A DNA stretch of 64,000 nt from Alphaproteobacteria bacterium (GCA_963665325.3 OZ224045.1:800001-864000); one strand, 5' to 3'. Numbered from the stretch's first letter, positions 18,738 through 29,301 are shown. Notes: generated by a model not told the origin, from the sequence alone. Numbers and translations: made by a program.

Positions 18738-19750
18738 AGCACCCGCCCCCGGAAGATGCCCGACGGGCGCAGCAGCAGGACGAGCACCAGGATCGCGAAG
18801 GAGACCGCAAACTTGTAGTCGGTCGAGAGAAGCTGGGCGAGGCCGTCCGGGCGCCACGCTTCCGGCAGCAGGTAGTAAAGGAACTTCTTCCAGGCGTAGG
18901 TCACGGTGACCTCGGAGAAGGCCACGATGACCGCGCCGACGATGGCGCCGTGAGGCTGGCCGATACCGCCCAGTATGGCGGCGGCGAACATGGGCAGCAG
19001 CAACTGGAAATAGGTGAACGGCTTGAAGCTCTTGTCGAGCCCGTAAAGCGCACCGGCAATGGCGGCGAGCGCGGCCGCGATCGCCCAGGCGATAAGCACC
19101 ACGCGCTCCGGATTTATGCCGGAAAGCAGCGCCAGGTCCTCATTGTCCGAATAGGCGCGCATGGACTTGCCCGTGCGGGTGCGCTGCAGGAACCGGAACA
19201 GCAGGAGGACCACCACGACCGCGACGACGACGGTCAGGCACTGCGTCGTCTTGATCGAGAGGCCTTCGGCAAGGCCGGTCGCCTGCTTGAACTCGCGCGC
19301 CTTCACCAGGAAACGCGCGCCGTCCGTGAATTGCCGGTCGTCCGGGCCAATGACGAAGCGCACCGCGCCGTTCAGCATGAACATGACGCCGAGCGAGGCC
19401 ATGACGAGCACGATGGGCGCGCTGCGCTTGCGGCGGTAGAAGCGGAACACCAGCCGGTCGGCGGCGAGCGCCGCGGCGATGGCGGCGGCCATGCCGAAGG
19501 GCAGCGCCATGAGCGCCGTCGGCAGCGGACCGAGGCCCACGCCCCAGGCCTGGAGCTGCCAGGTGACGAGGATCGTCGCCATGGCGCCGAAGGCCATCAG
19601 GTCGCCATGCGCCAGGTTGGCGAAGCGCAGAATGCCGAACACCAGCGTGATGCCGAGCGCGCCGAGTGCAAGCTGCGCGGCATAGGCAAGCCCCGGCACG
19701 ATGACATAGTTGCCGAGCAGGATCGCGGCATCGGCCAGGTCGGGCAGCAC
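18734..19750 (-). CDS. livH: Branched-chain amino acid ABC transporter permease
   Basis: ALGITLVFGILRFANLAHG, TRTGKSMRA, RPSGIF. Confidence 0.9.
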   Translation of the reverse strand: MLPDLADAAILLGNYVIVPGLAYAAQLALGALGITLVFGILRFANLAHGDLMAFGAMATILVTWQLQAWGVGLGPLPTALMALPFGMAAAIAAALAADRLVFRFYRRKRSAPIVLVMASLGVMFMLNGAVRFVIGPDDRQFTDGARFLVKAREFKQATGLAEGLSIKTTQCLTVVVAVVVVLLLFRFLQRTRTGKSMRAYSDNEDLALLSGINPERVVLIAWAIAAALAAIAGALYGLDKSFKPFTYFQLLLPMFAAAILGGIGQPHGAIVGAVIVAFSEVTVTYAWKKFLYYLLPEAWRPDGLAQLLSTDYKFAVSFAILVLVLLLRPSGIFRGRVL

Positions 19751-19753
19751 CCC

Positions 19754-20458
19754 TCAGCCCCCGAGGAACGACCGGCGCACTTCCGGATTGTCCAGAAGCG
19801 CCCGGCCGCTGTCGGTAAAGCGGTTCCTGCCGGTGACGAGCACATAACCCCGGTCGGCGATGGCGAGCGCCTGGCGGGCGTTCTGCTCGGCCATCAGGAC
19901 GGCGATGCCGGCGCTGCGGATTTCCAGCATCCGCTCGAACAGCCCGTCCATCACGATGGGCGAAACGCCGGCCGTCGGCTCGTCCAGCATCAGCACGGCG
20001 GGTTCCGTCATCAGCGCGCGCCCGACGGCGACCTGCTGGCGCTGGCCGCCCGAGAGCTCGCCCGCCGGCCGATCCCGGTTCTCCCCCACTGCCGGGAAGA
20101 GCTCGAAGACCCTCTCCATGGTTTCGGCGATGCCGCCCTGCCGGAGGAACGCGCCCATCTCCAAGTTCTCCCGGACCGTCATGGTGGCGAACACATTGTC
20201 CGTCTGCGGCACGAAGGCCATGCCGCGCCCGACCCGGTCCTGTGGCGAGAGGCCGGTGATGTCCTCGCCGTCCAGCCGCACCGCGCCGGACCGAAGCGAC
20301 AGCATGCCGAGCAGCGCCTTCATCGCCGTCGATTTCCCCGCTCCGTTCGGCCCGACGATGACGGCGATCTCGCCGCGCTCGACCGAGATCGAGCAGTCGT
20401 GGATGATGTCGGCTCCGCCATAGCCGCCGGTCATGGCCTCGCCTTCGAGGTAGCTCAC
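19754..20458 (-). CDS. livF: Branched-chain amino acid ABC transporter ATP-binding protein
   Basis: GPNGAGKST, LSGGQRQ, LMLDEP; GTG start overlaps the livG stop. Confidence 0.9.
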   Translation of the reverse strand: MSYLEGEAMTGGYGGADIIHDCSISVERGEIAVIVGPNGAGKSTAMKALLGMLSLRSGAVRLDGEDITGLSPQDRVGRGMAFVPQTDNVFATMTVRENLEMGAFLRQGGIAETMERVFELFPAVGENRDRPAGELSGGQRQQVAVGRALMTEPAVLMLDEPTAGVSPIVMDGLFERMLEIRSAGIAVLMAEQNARQALAIADRGYVLVTGRNRFTDSGRALLDNPEVRRSFLGG

Positions 20459-21249
20459 GGGCCCCCCGCCTCCGGGGCGGGATTGTCCGTATGCGCGCCC
20501 CGGCCGAGATAGGCTTCGATCACCGCCTCGTCGGCCATGATCCTGTCCGCCGGCCCCTGGGTCAGCACCGCGCCCTCCACCATCACGATCACCGGGTCGC
20601 AGAGCCGGGAGATGAACTCCATGTCGTGCTCGATCATGCAGAAGGTGTAGCCGCGCTCGCGGTTGAGTCGCTGGATCGAGTCGCCGACGACGCGCAGGAG
20701 CGTGCGGTTGACCCCGGCGCCGACCTCGTCCAACAGCACGATGCGGGCATCGACCATCATCGTGCGGCCGAGCTCCAGCAGCTTCTTCTGGCCGCCCGAA
20801 AGGTTGCCGGCCGGCTCGTCGGCGACGCGGTCGAGGCCGAGGAAATCGATCACCTCGTCGGCCTTCTCCCGGTTCGCGCGCTCGTCCTCCCGAACCCTTC
20901 CGGGCTTGAGCCACGCTCCCAGAAGGCTTTCCCCGGTCTGGCCCGCCGGCACGGTCATCAGGTTCTCGCGCACTGTCAGCGTCGGGAACTCATGCGCGAT
21001 CTGGAAAGTCCGGAGCAGGCCCCGGTGGAAAAGCTGGTGCGGCTTGAGGCCGGAGACGTCCTCCGCGCCGAGGAAGATGCGGCCCGAATCGGGCGCGAGC
21101 ACGCCCGCGATCAGGTTGAACAGTGTGGTCTTGCCGGCGCCGTTCGGTCCGATCAGCCCGGTGATCGAGCCCTCGGCGATCTCCAGGCTCGCGCCGTCCA
21201 CGGCCGCGACGCCGCCGAAGCGCTTCGAGACCCCGGCGACGCGGATCAT
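20455..21249 (-). CDS. livG: Branched-chain amino acid ABC transporter ATP-binding protein
   Basis: GPNGAGKTT, RTFQ, LSGGQKK, IEHDM, VIEAYLG. Confidence 0.9.
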   Translation of the reverse strand: MIRVAGVSKRFGGVAAVDGASLEIAEGSITGLIGPNGAGKTTLFNLIAGVLAPDSGRIFLGAEDVSGLKPHQLFHRGLLRTFQIAHEFPTLTVRENLMTVPAGQTGESLLGAWLKPGRVREDERANREKADEVIDFLGLDRVADEPAGNLSGGQKKLLELGRTMMVDARIVLLDEVGAGVNRTLLRVVGDSIQRLNRERGYTFCMIEHDMEFISRLCDPVIVMVEGAVLTQGPADRIMADEAVIEAYLGRGAHTDNPAPEAGGP

Positions 21250-21287
21250 CTCACCTGCGCTGCCTTACGGCACCGGGGCCGGAAGGT

Positions 21288-21318
21288 CGGGCGGCGGACA
21301 TGGAAGCCGCGCCGCCCG
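21288..21318 (-). terminator. Intercistronic stem-loop after the substrate-binding protein gene
   Basis: CGGGCGGCG and CGCCGCCCG form a perfect 9-bp inverted repeat. Confidence 0.5.
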
Positions 21319-21325
21319 TTCGCAA

Positions 21326-22510
21326 TCAGCGATACCGGACGGTGACGATCTTGCCGCCCTCGACCGCGATCTCGCGGTAGTTGCCGGCGCTCTCGCCCTG
21401 GCCGATCAGTTCGACCGCGGACGCGCCGACATAGTCCACATCGCCGCCGCCGGCGATGATTTCGAGCCCCTTGGCGAGCTCGCCCGGATGGATCTTCTCG
21501 CCGGGCGCGTTGGCGACCGCCATCACATGGTCCTTGAGCTTGCCGCTGTCGGCGGAGCCGGCGGCCTGCATGGCCAGCATGATGAGGGCTGCGGCGTCGT
21601 AGGCTTCGCCGGTGAAGGGGCCGGCCTTGAAGCCCGCGGCGCCCGCCATCTCGGCGAAGGTCGCGGCTCCGGTGCTGTCCGTGCCGGGAACCGTGCCGAA
21701 GGAGCCGTTGAGGTCTGCGCCGATGGCCTCGACGAGGCTGTCGCCGACCATGCCGTCGGGCAGCAGGAAGGTCTCGAATGCGCCGGTGTCGAGCGCAGCC
21801 TGGATGATGCCCTTGCCGCCCTGGTCGAGATAGCCGGCGACCACGAGCACGTCCCCGCCGGCGGCGGCGAGCGCGGCGACCTCGGCCGCATAGTCGCCCT
21901 TGCCGTCCTCATGCGCGGCCTCGATGGTCACATTGCCGCCCATCGCCTTGAAATTGGTGGCGATGCTGTCGGCGAGGCCCTTGCCGTAGTCATTGTTGGT
22001 GTAGGTGATGGCGATGGTCCCGACGCCGCGCTCCTTCAGCACCTCGGAAATCACCTGGCCCTGGCGGGCGTCCGAGGGCGCGGTGCGGAAGAACAGGCCG
22101 TTGTCCTCCAGCGAGGAGAGCGCCGGCGAGGTGGCGGAGGGCGAGATCATGACGGTGCCGTTCGGCATGGCGACATTCTGCAGCATGGCCGTGGTCACGC
22201 CCGAGCAGTCGCCGCCGACAATGGCGTTCACCCGGTCGGCAGTGATGAGCCGCTCCGCCGCCGCGCTCGCCGCCGCGGAATCGGTGCAGGTCGTGTCGCC
22301 GCGCACCGGCGTCACGGCCGCACCGCCGAGCAGGCCCTTGCTGTCATTGACTTCTTCGATCGCGAGTTCCGCGCCGGCCGCCATGTCCGGCGTCAGCGAC
22401 TCGATAGGCCCGGTAAAGCCCATCATCACACCGATCTTGATTTTGTCATCCGCGGCCTGGGCCGAGGCGACCGCCATCACGGCCGCAAGGGCGATGATAA
22501 TCCTGCGCAT
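21326..22510 (-). CDS. Branched-chain amino acid ABC transporter substrate-binding protein
   Basis: Signal peptide MRRIIIALAAVMAVASAQA; ISPSATSP, FFRTAPSD, NNDYG; RBS GGAGG. Confidence 0.92.
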   Translation of the reverse strand: MRRIIIALAAVMAVASAQAADDKIKIGVMMGFTGPIESLTPDMAAGAELAIEEVNDSKGLLGGAAVTPVRGDTTCTDSAAASAAAERLITADRVNAIVGGDCSGVTTAMLQNVAMPNGTVMISPSATSPALSSLEDNGLFFRTAPSDARQGQVISEVLKERGVGTIAITYTNNDYGKGLADSIATNFKAMGGNVTIEAAHEDGKGDYAAEVAALAAAGGDVLVVAGYLDQGGKGIIQAALDTGAFETFLLPDGMVGDSLVEAIGADLNGSFGTVPGTDSTGAATFAEMAGAAGFKAGPFTGEAYDAAALIMLAMQAAGSADSGKLKDHVMAVANAPGEKIHPGELAKGLEIIAGGGDVDYVGASAVELIGQGESAGNYREIAVEGGKIVTVRYR

Positions 22511-22697
22511 AGCGTCCTCCCTTGAAAAACCGGGCGGCGCCAAACTCCGCGTGCCGACAGCAGCGGACCGCCCGAAAGCCTTTTCCCAGTGTAGGTTATC
22601 GGGTTCCGCCGGGCAATCGATGTGCTACCAAACCCGGTCAAATCCATTTGCAAACGACATCGAGGAGGCGGCCCGACCCCATGACCGGAACCGGATC

Positions 22698-23243
22698 GTG
22701 ATCCGCATTATCGGTGGGCGCTGGCGGGGGTGGCGGCTCGCCGTGCCGGCGGACCGCTCCGTGCGCCCGACGGCCGAACGGGTGCGCGAGGCGGCGTTCA
22801 ACCGGCTGGTCCATGCTGGGCTCGATCCGCCGCTCGAAGGCGCGGCCTTCCTCGATGTCTTCGCCGGCACGGGCGCGGTCGGGCTGGAGGCGCTCTCGCG
22901 CGGGGCCGCGCGGGCGTCCTTCATCGAGAGCGATCCTGCGGCGCTGGCCCTGCTCCGCCGCAATGTGGGCGAGGACGGCCAGGTCCATACCCGCGATGCC
23001 GCCTCTCCGGGACCCGCGCCCGCGGCCCATGACATTGTCTGGCTGGACCCGCCCTGGCGCTCCGGGCTGGCCGCGCCGGCGCTCGCCGCGCTCGGCCGCG
23101 AGGGCTGGCTGAGACCGGGCGCGCTGGTCGTCGTCGAGAGCGCCCATGACGATGCGCCCGACCTGCCCGGCCTCATAGACCGCCGCCGCTACGGCCGCAC
23201 AGCGCTCGCCTTCCTGCGCTTTTCGCTTGCCGGGCCGGGCTAG
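22698..23243 (+). CDS. rsmD: 16S rRNA (guanine966-N2)-methyltransferase
   Basis: IRIIGGRWRG, RPTAERVREAAFN, LDVFAGTGAVGLEALSRGA, LDPPW, RRYG. Confidence 0.9.
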   Translation: MIRIIGGRWRGWRLAVPADRSVRPTAERVREAAFNRLVHAGLDPPLEGAAFLDVFAGTGAVGLEALSRGAARASFIESDPAALALLRRNVGEDGQVHTRDAASPGPAPAAHDIVWLDPPWRSGLAAPALAALGREGWLRPGALVVVESAHDDAPDLPGLIDRRRYGRTALAFLRFSLAGPG

Positions 23244-23545
23244 CCGGCGGCTGCCTCGAGAGTCGGTATCCGGGAAACGTCCACTTTACGCTCTGCAAGC
23301 GCCAGGTCGTAAATGCGTTGCAGATTCATCCAGAACCCGGCGCCGTTGCCGAACAGCTTGCCGAAGCGAACCGCCATTTCGGCAGTGACCGGCTGCTTCT
23401 CATTGAGGATGTCGTAGAGGGTCTGGCGGGATATTCCCAACGCCGCCGCAACGGCCGACTTGCTCATGGAAAGCGCGGGCAGGATGTCTTCGCGGAGGAT
23501 TTCCCCGGGATGAACGGGTTCTATGGAGGAGTGCCTCTCAATCAT
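23240..23545 (-). CDS. higA: HigA family antitoxin (HTH)
   Basis: PVHPGEILRE, VTAEMAVRFGKLFG, FWMNLQ..YDL. Confidence 0.92.
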   Translation of the reverse strand: MIERHSSIEPVHPGEILREDILPALSMSKSAVAAALGISRQTLYDILNEKQPVTAEMAVRFGKLFGNGAGFWMNLQRIYDLALAERKVDVSRIPTLEAAAG

Positions 23546-23823
23546 CGGTGGTAGTCCTCTATGTCAACATCGGTTGCGCCGTCATCGTCCCACCCGAAGG
23601 TGACGCGGAAGTTGGCTGTAAGGCGAACGGAGTATCGGCCTGCAAGGCCGCCTTTCAGCGGATGGAAATAGGAACCGGGATAGTTCATTTGCTCGGGCCT
23701 GTCGGCCGCCTCCAACGCAAAGAGGATTCGACGCAGCTTCCGCCTCCATTCAGCCTTCAACCCTTTCGTGTCGCCTTTGGTCCAGTAGTTCCGCAGTGCC
23801 TTGTGCCGGATGCCTCCGATCAT
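23542..23823 (-). CDS. higB: HigB/RelE-type toxin (plasmid maintenance killer family)
   Basis: IRHKAL, HPLKG, YSVRLTANFRVTF, DIEDYH; toxin gene lies upstream of the antitoxin with an ATGA overlap. Confidence 0.92.
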   Translation of the reverse strand: MIGGIRHKALRNYWTKGDTKGLKAEWRRKLRRILFALEAADRPEQMNYPGSYFHPLKGGLAGRYSVRLTANFRVTFGWDDDGATDVDIEDYHR

Positions 23824-23966
23824 CGAGACAGGCTGGGAGGATGCGGAATGTTTGTCAAGTATTGGCTTACAATTCGAGAGGTGTGAGTACGCGACGGCGC
23901 TCGCCTTCTTGCGCTTTTCTCCCCTTCAGCCTAACAGGGAGGGGCGAGATTGAGGGGGTTGGGTTC

Positions 23967-24188
23967 ATGGCGGCAGTGCCGGTGCTGTCCGAGATTCCGG
24001 GGACGGTGTTCAAGATCGAGGTCGAGGTCGGCGACGAGGTGGCGGAGGACGATCCGGTGATCATCCTGGAGTCGATGAAGATGGAGATTCCGGTGGGCGC
24101 TCCCCGCGCGGGCCGGGTCGCCGAGATTCTGGTCGAGGAAGGCGAGGCGGTGGAAGAAGGCCAGGAAGTCGCCGTCGTCGAGGCCTGA
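23967..24188 (+). CDS. Stand-alone biotin carboxyl carrier protein
   Basis: 73 aa with the ESMKME biotinylation motif. Confidence 0.9.
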   Translation: MAAVPVLSEIPGTVFKIEVEVGDEVAEDDPVIILESMKMEIPVGAPRAGRVAEILVEEGEAVEEGQEVAVVEA

Positions 24189-24201
24189 GGCGGCTAAGGC
24201 C

Positions 24202-26175
24202 ATGCCCGCCGACACACCTCCGTTCGGCAAGATCCTGATCGCCAATCGCGGCGAGATCGCCTGCCGCATCGCGCGGACCGCGCGGCGCCTGGGGATCGGC
24301 ACGGTGGCCGTCTATTCCGAGGCCGACGCCGGCGCCCTGCATGTGCGCATGGCCGACGAGGCGGTCGCCATCGGCGGGTCCGCGCCGTCGGAGAGCTATC
24401 TGGACGGCGCACGTATCGTCCGGACGGCGCTCGAGACCGGCGCAGAGGCGATCCATCCGGGCTTCGGGTTCCTCTCCGAGAACGCGGGTTTCGTGGAGGC
24501 CGTCGAGGCCGCGGGACTGGTGTTCATCGGCCCTGGTGCGGCCGCCATTGCCGCCATGGGCGACAAGATCGAGAGCAAGCGCCTCGCGGAGCGGGCGGGC
24601 GTGCCCGTCGTGCCCGGCGACGCCGGCGAGATTGCGGACGCGGAAGCGGCCGTCGCCAGCGCGCGCCGGATCGGCTACCCGGTGATGGTCAAGGCGTCCG
24701 CCGGGGGCGGCGGCAAGGGCATGCGCATTGCGCGCTCGGACGAGGAGCTCCGGCAGGAGTTCGGCTCGACCGTGAACGAGGCCGTGAGCGCCTTCGGGGA
24801 CGGGCGCGTTTTCGTCGAGAAATATGTCGAGGAGCCGCGCCATATCGAAGTCCAGCTGCTGGCCGACGCACACGGCAATGCCGTCTATCTCGGCGAGCGC
24901 GAATGCTCGATCCAGCGCCGCCACCAGAAGGTCGTCGAGGAGTGCCCGAGCCCGTTCGTCGATGAGGCGCTCCGCGAGGAAATGGGGGCGCGCGCCGTCG
25001 CGCTCGCCCGCGCCGTCGACTACCGCTCGGCCGGCACAGTCGAGTTCATCGTGGACCGCGAGCGCAATTTCTACTTTCTGGAGATGAACACCCGCCTCCA
25101 AGTGGAACATCCGGTGACCGAGATGGTCACCGGCCTCGACCTCGTGGAACAGATGCTGCGCGTCGCGGCGGGCGAACCGCTTGCCTTCGGCCAGGCGGAC
25201 ATCCGCCTCGACGGCTGGGCCATCGAGGCGCGCGTCTATGCGGAGCGGCCGGAGCGCAATTTCGCGCCTTCCATCGGCCGGCTGGAGACCTTCCGCCCGC
25301 CGCCGGAGGAAGGTGGCGTGCGCATCGACACCGGCGTGGTCGAGGGCTCCGAGATCACCATGTTCTACGACCCGATGATCGCCAAGCTCGCCGCGCACGG
25401 CGCCACGCGGGAAGAGGCGCGGCTGCGGCTCGGGGAGGCGCTGGCGCGCTTCGCCATCGCCGGTGTCGGGCACAATATCGACTTCCTGGCCGCCATTGCG
25501 GACCGCCCGCGCTTCGCGGAAGGCCGGCTCAGCACGGCCTTCATCGACGAGGAGTTCCCGGACGGCTACGACCCGGCGGGCGGCGCCGAAGCGCACCGTC
25601 GATTGTTTGCGGCCGTGGCCGCGGCGCTCGCGCACAGCGAGGTAGCCGCCTCGGGCGGCGCGGTGCGCCGCGACTGGGCCGTCCTGTTCGAGGACGATGC
25701 GGCCACGGTAGCGGTGGAGCCGGACGGAGACGGCCTCAGGCTGGAGATCGACGGCGGTCCGGCGCAGCTGGAAGGCGCCCGCCCGCCGGGCGGGACGCAT
25801 TTCGAGGGACGGTTCGACGGCGAGGCGGTTGCGGTGCGGGTCGAGGAGAACGGCGCCGGCTGGCTGCTGTCCTTCCGGGGAACCCAGGCAAAGGTGCGGG
25901 CGGTGCCGCCGCGCGTTGCGGAATTCGCGCGGCTAATGCCGAAAAAGGCGCCGCCGGACACCTCGAAGGTGCTGCTTTCGCCGATGCCGGGCCTGTTGGT
26001 CTCGCTGGCGGTTACGGAAGGCGACGAGGTCGAGGCCGGCCAGACGCTCGCCGTGGTCGAGGCGATGAAAATGGAGAACGTGCTGCGCGCCGAGCGGCCG
26101 GGACGGGTCAAATCCGTCCCCGCTGCCGCCGGCGACAACCTCGCCGCCGACCAGCCGATCCTCTATTTCGAGTGA
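24202..26175 (+). CDS. pccA: Propionyl-CoA/acyl-CoA carboxylase alpha subunit (biotin carboxylase plus BCCP)
   Basis: KILIANRGEIACR, GGGGKGMR, ERECSIQRRHQK, EMNTRLQVEHP, EAMKME. Confidence 0.85.
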   Translation: MPADTPPFGKILIANRGEIACRIARTARRLGIGTVAVYSEADAGALHVRMADEAVAIGGSAPSESYLDGARIVRTALETGAEAIHPGFGFLSENAGFVEAVEAAGLVFIGPGAAAIAAMGDKIESKRLAERAGVPVVPGDAGEIADAEAAVASARRIGYPVMVKASAGGGGKGMRIARSDEELRQEFGSTVNEAVSAFGDGRVFVEKYVEEPRHIEVQLLADAHGNAVYLGERECSIQRRHQKVVEECPSPFVDEALREEMGARAVALARAVDYRSAGTVEFIVDRERNFYFLEMNTRLQVEHPVTEMVTGLDLVEQMLRVAAGEPLAFGQADIRLDGWAIEARVYAERPERNFAPSIGRLETFRPPPEEGGVRIDTGVVEGSEITMFYDPMIAKLAAHGATREEARLRLGEALARFAIAGVGHNIDFLAAIADRPRFAEGRLSTAFIDEEFPDGYDPAGGAEAHRRLFAAVAAALAHSEVAASGGAVRRDWAVLFEDDAATVAVEPDGDGLRLEIDGGPAQLEGARPPGGTHFEGRFDGEAVAVRVEENGAGWLLSFRGTQAKVRAVPPRVAEFARLMPKKAPPDTSKVLLSPMPGLLVSLAVTEGDEVEAGQTLAVVEAMKMENVLRAERPGRVKSVPAAAGDNLAADQPILYFE

Positions 26176-26204
26176 AGCGGCGGCGCGAAAAAGGGAGCCT
26201 CGCC

Positions 26205-26672
26205 ATGCCGGAAGATCGCCACAGTTTCATGGGCCTCGCACTCGAGGAAGCGGAGCGGGGAAAGGCGGACGGCAATATCCCGGTAGGCTCCGTCATCGTG
26301 CGCGATGGCAAGGTCATCGGGCGCGGGCGCAACCGCGTCGCCTCGGACCGCGATCCGACCTGCCATGCCGAGGTGGACGCGCTCCGGGACGCCTGCCGCA
26401 ACCTCGATAGCCCGGACCTTTCGGGCGCCGCCTGCTACACCACGATGGAGCCCTGCCCGATGTGCTGCTGGGCGCTGAAGGAAGCGGGGGTCGCGCGCCT
26501 CGTTCTGGGTGCCCGCCATGCGGAGATGCGCCGGACGGACTACGGCCGCTACAGCGTAGAGACGCTGCTGGAGCTGACCGGCCGCTCGCTGGAGATCGAG
26601 ACAGGCGTGCGCACGGCGGAATGCGAGGCCATCCGCCGGAGTTGGACCGGCTGGGTGGAGCCCAAGGCCTGA
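26205..26672 (+). CDS. Zinc-dependent nucleoside/nucleobase deaminase
   Basis: HAE and EPCPMC motifs. Confidence 0.9.
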   Translation: MPEDRHSFMGLALEEAERGKADGNIPVGSVIVRDGKVIGRGRNRVASDRDPTCHAEVDALRDACRNLDSPDLSGAACYTTMEPCPMCCWALKEAGVARLVLGARHAEMRRTDYGRYSVETLLELTGRSLEIETGVRTAECEAIRRSWTGWVEPKA

Positions 26673-26704
26673 GCAGCGCGCCACACGGCGGGGAGGAGAC
26701 GGAG

Positions 26705-27553
26705 ATGGAGACGGGAAACAGCGAGCTGTTCGCCGTGTTGGGCGAGCAGCGCTACCGGATCGACCGGCCCTGGGGCCGCTGGCCGGAGCACATTCCGGTC
26801 GGGATCATCAGCAAATGCGCGGTCGATGCTGGCGGCAACCTCTATGTCTGCCAGCGGCGCTCGACCCCGGTCCTGGTGTTCGACGCGGAAGGAAATTTCG
26901 TTCGAAGCTGGGGCGACGGGCAAATCGCCGACCCGCATGGAATTGCCGTGGCCCCCGACGGGCGTGTTCTCGTGGTGGACCGGGACGCGCACCAGGTGCT
27001 CGTCTTCGATGTCCAGGGCGAGTTGCTGCTGGCGCTCGGCGAGCGGCACCGCCCCCGGACCCAGGCGCCCTTCAACCATCCGACCGATGTCGCGGTCGGG
27101 CCCGGCGGCGACTTCTATGTCTCCGACGGTTACGGCAACACCATGGTCCACCGATTCGCGCCCGACGGCGCGCTCCTGCGGAGTTGGGGCGGAAGGGGGA
27201 GCGGCCCCGGCGAGTTCACGACGCCGCACGGCATCGGCGTCCTCGGCAACGGGCGGGTGCTGGTCGGCGACCGCGAGAACAACCGCGTCCAGGTCTTCTC
27301 GTCCGAAGGCGACTACCTCGAAGATTTCGGCCCGTTCTACAAGCCGATGGACATCCATATCGACGGCGAGGAGCGGATTTACGTGTCCGACCAGGTCCCG
27401 CGCGTGACGGCGCTCGCCGCCGACGGGACCGTCCTCGGAAGCTGCAAGCCGGTGGCGGTGATGCCGCACGGGGTCAGCGGCGATGCGGCCGGGGCGCTCT
27501 ATTTCGTCGAGACCCACACGACCGTCATCACCCGCCTCGCGCCCGTTTCCTAG
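26705..27553 (+). CDS. NHL-repeat beta-propeller protein (peptidyl-alpha-hydroxyglycine lyase-like)
   Basis: DPHGIAV, FNHPTDVAV...YVSDGYGN, GPGEFTTPHGI, DRENNRVQVF. Confidence 0.85.
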   Translation: METGNSELFAVLGEQRYRIDRPWGRWPEHIPVGIISKCAVDAGGNLYVCQRRSTPVLVFDAEGNFVRSWGDGQIADPHGIAVAPDGRVLVVDRDAHQVLVFDVQGELLLALGERHRPRTQAPFNHPTDVAVGPGGDFYVSDGYGNTMVHRFAPDGALLRSWGGRGSGPGEFTTPHGIGVLGNGRVLVGDRENNRVQVFSSEGDYLEDFGPFYKPMDIHIDGEERIYVSDQVPRVTALAADGTVLGSCKPVAVMPHGVSGDAAGALYFVETHTTVITRLAPVS

Positions 27554-29301
27554 CCGGGCCTGTCCTTACCGTCGGCGGATGCGAGCAGGGCCTCGGGGTC
27601 CGGCACGCCATAGTCGCGGCGCGCGCCCTCCGGCGTCACATAGCCGTCGGCCAGGTCCTCGCCCAGCCTGGCCGGGTCGCGCTCACCCGGAGGGCCGTAG
27701 CCGCCCGAACCCGGCACGTCGAAGACCACGAGCCCGCCTGCCGGGGCGTCGAAGGAGCCCTTGCTGTTCAGGATGCGCTCGGCCCCGTCCGCATCGACGA
27801 CCGAGATACGCGCCGGCGCTCCGGCCGCCCCGCCCTCGATGCCGAAGGGCGGCGACTTGGTGCGCTCGCAGCAAACGGTCGCGCGAGAATCGCGTTCGAG
27901 GATCCGCCAGGTCCGGCGCGCACCGAGCCCGCCCCGGTAGCGGCCCGCGCCGCCGGAATCGGGCAAGAGTTCGTAGGTCTCCACCCGCACCGGGAAGCTC
28001 ATCTCGATGACTTCCACCGGCGTGTTCATGGTGTTGGAAATGCCGCTGGCGACCGCGCTTATGCCGTCCCGGTCGGGGCGTGCGCCGAAGCCGCCTTTGA
28101 CCGTTTCGTAACTGACATAGTGTTCCTCGGTCCGGTAGTCCGTGCCGCCGAGCGTCAGCACCGCCGAGGTGCCCTGGGAGCAGGCCATCACCCGGTCCGG
28201 GATGACCGCTGCCAGCGCGCCGAACACCATGTCGCAAATCCGGTGCGACATCTCGTGGTTGGCATAGACCACCGGGGCCGGATATTGCGCGTTCACCACC
28301 GAGCCCTCCGGCGCGACTACCTTGACGGGTCGCCAGGCGCCTGAGTTCGGCGGCACGACGCCGGCCGAGTCAACCGCCATCTTGAGCCCGGCGAAGACGC
28401 CCGAGGAGGTGACCGAGAGCGGCGCGTTCATCGGCCCGGCGACCTGAGGATCGGAGCCCTCGAAGTCCGCCGTCACCTCGTCGCCCCGCTTGGCGATACG
28501 CAGCCGGATATCGAAGGTCTCGTCCCGGTTCGAGCCGGCAGCGATGATGCCGTCCCCGTCGCAGAAGTCCTCGAACGAGCCCTCCCCGTCGGGAATCTCG
28601 CGGAGCAGCGTCCGCATCATCGCCTCGGAATAGTCCATCACCTCCTGCATGATGCGCTTCAGGTTTTCCGTCCCGTATTTGCGGGCGAGCGCGGCGAGCC
28701 GCTCGCAGGCCCGGCGGTTGGCCGCGACCTGCGCGCGCAGGTCGCCGCGGCGCTCGGCCGGCGTGCGGACATTGGCGAAGATCAGGTCCTCCACATCCCG
28801 GTTGACCACGCCGGCCTTGTGGATGCGCACCGGCGGCAGGCGCAGTCCCTCGCCGTAGACATCCGTCACCGCGCCGTAACTTCCCGGCGTGGCGCTGCCG
28901 ATATCCGGCCAGTGGGCGCGCACGCAGCAGAAGCCGAGGAGTGCGCCGTCCACGAAGGCAGGCGAGACGACATTCACGTCCGGCAGGTGCGAGCCGCCGA
29001 AATAGGGGTCGTTGTGGACGAACACATCGCCGGGCTCGATCTCTTCCCAGGCGCGCACCACCGCCCGCACCGCGTCCGGCATCGAGCCGAGGTGGATCGG
29101 CAGGTCGGGGCCCTGGGCCACCATGTCGCCCCGGTCGTCGAAGACGCCGCAAGAGTAGTCGCCCGCCACCTTGAGGATGGGCGAATAGGCGGTCTTGGCG
29201 AGCACCACCTTCATTTCCTCGGCCACCGCATAGAGGCTGTTCTTGACGACCTCGAAGGTGGCGGCGTCGGTCTTCACGACGGACGGATGGGAAGCAGCCA
29301 T
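27550..29301 (-). CDS. Hydantoinase B/oxoprolinase family protein
   Basis: TAYSPILK..DYSC, PIHLGSM, NDPYFGGSHLPD, HWPDIG, NTPVE, DSGGAGRYRGG. Confidence 0.92.
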   Translation of the reverse strand: MAASHPSVVKTDAATFEVVKNSLYAVAEEMKVVLAKTAYSPILKVAGDYSCGVFDDRGDMVAQGPDLPIHLGSMPDAVRAVVRAWEEIEPGDVFVHNDPYFGGSHLPDVNVVSPAFVDGALLGFCCVRAHWPDIGSATPGSYGAVTDVYGEGLRLPPVRIHKAGVVNRDVEDLIFANVRTPAERRGDLRAQVAANRRACERLAALARKYGTENLKRIMQEVMDYSEAMMRTLLREIPDGEGSFEDFCDGDGIIAAGSNRDETFDIRLRIAKRGDEVTADFEGSDPQVAGPMNAPLSVTSSGVFAGLKMAVDSAGVVPPNSGAWRPVKVVAPEGSVVNAQYPAPVVYANHEMSHRICDMVFGALAAVIPDRVMACSQGTSAVLTLGGTDYRTEEHYVSYETVKGGFGARPDRDGISAVASGISNTMNTPVEVIEMSFPVRVETYELLPDSGGAGRYRGGLGARRTWRILERDSRATVCCERTKSPPFGIEGGAAGAPARISVVDADGAERILNSKGSFDAPAGGLVVFDVPGSGGYGPPGERDPARLGEDLADGYVTPEGARRDYGVPDPEALLASADGKDRPG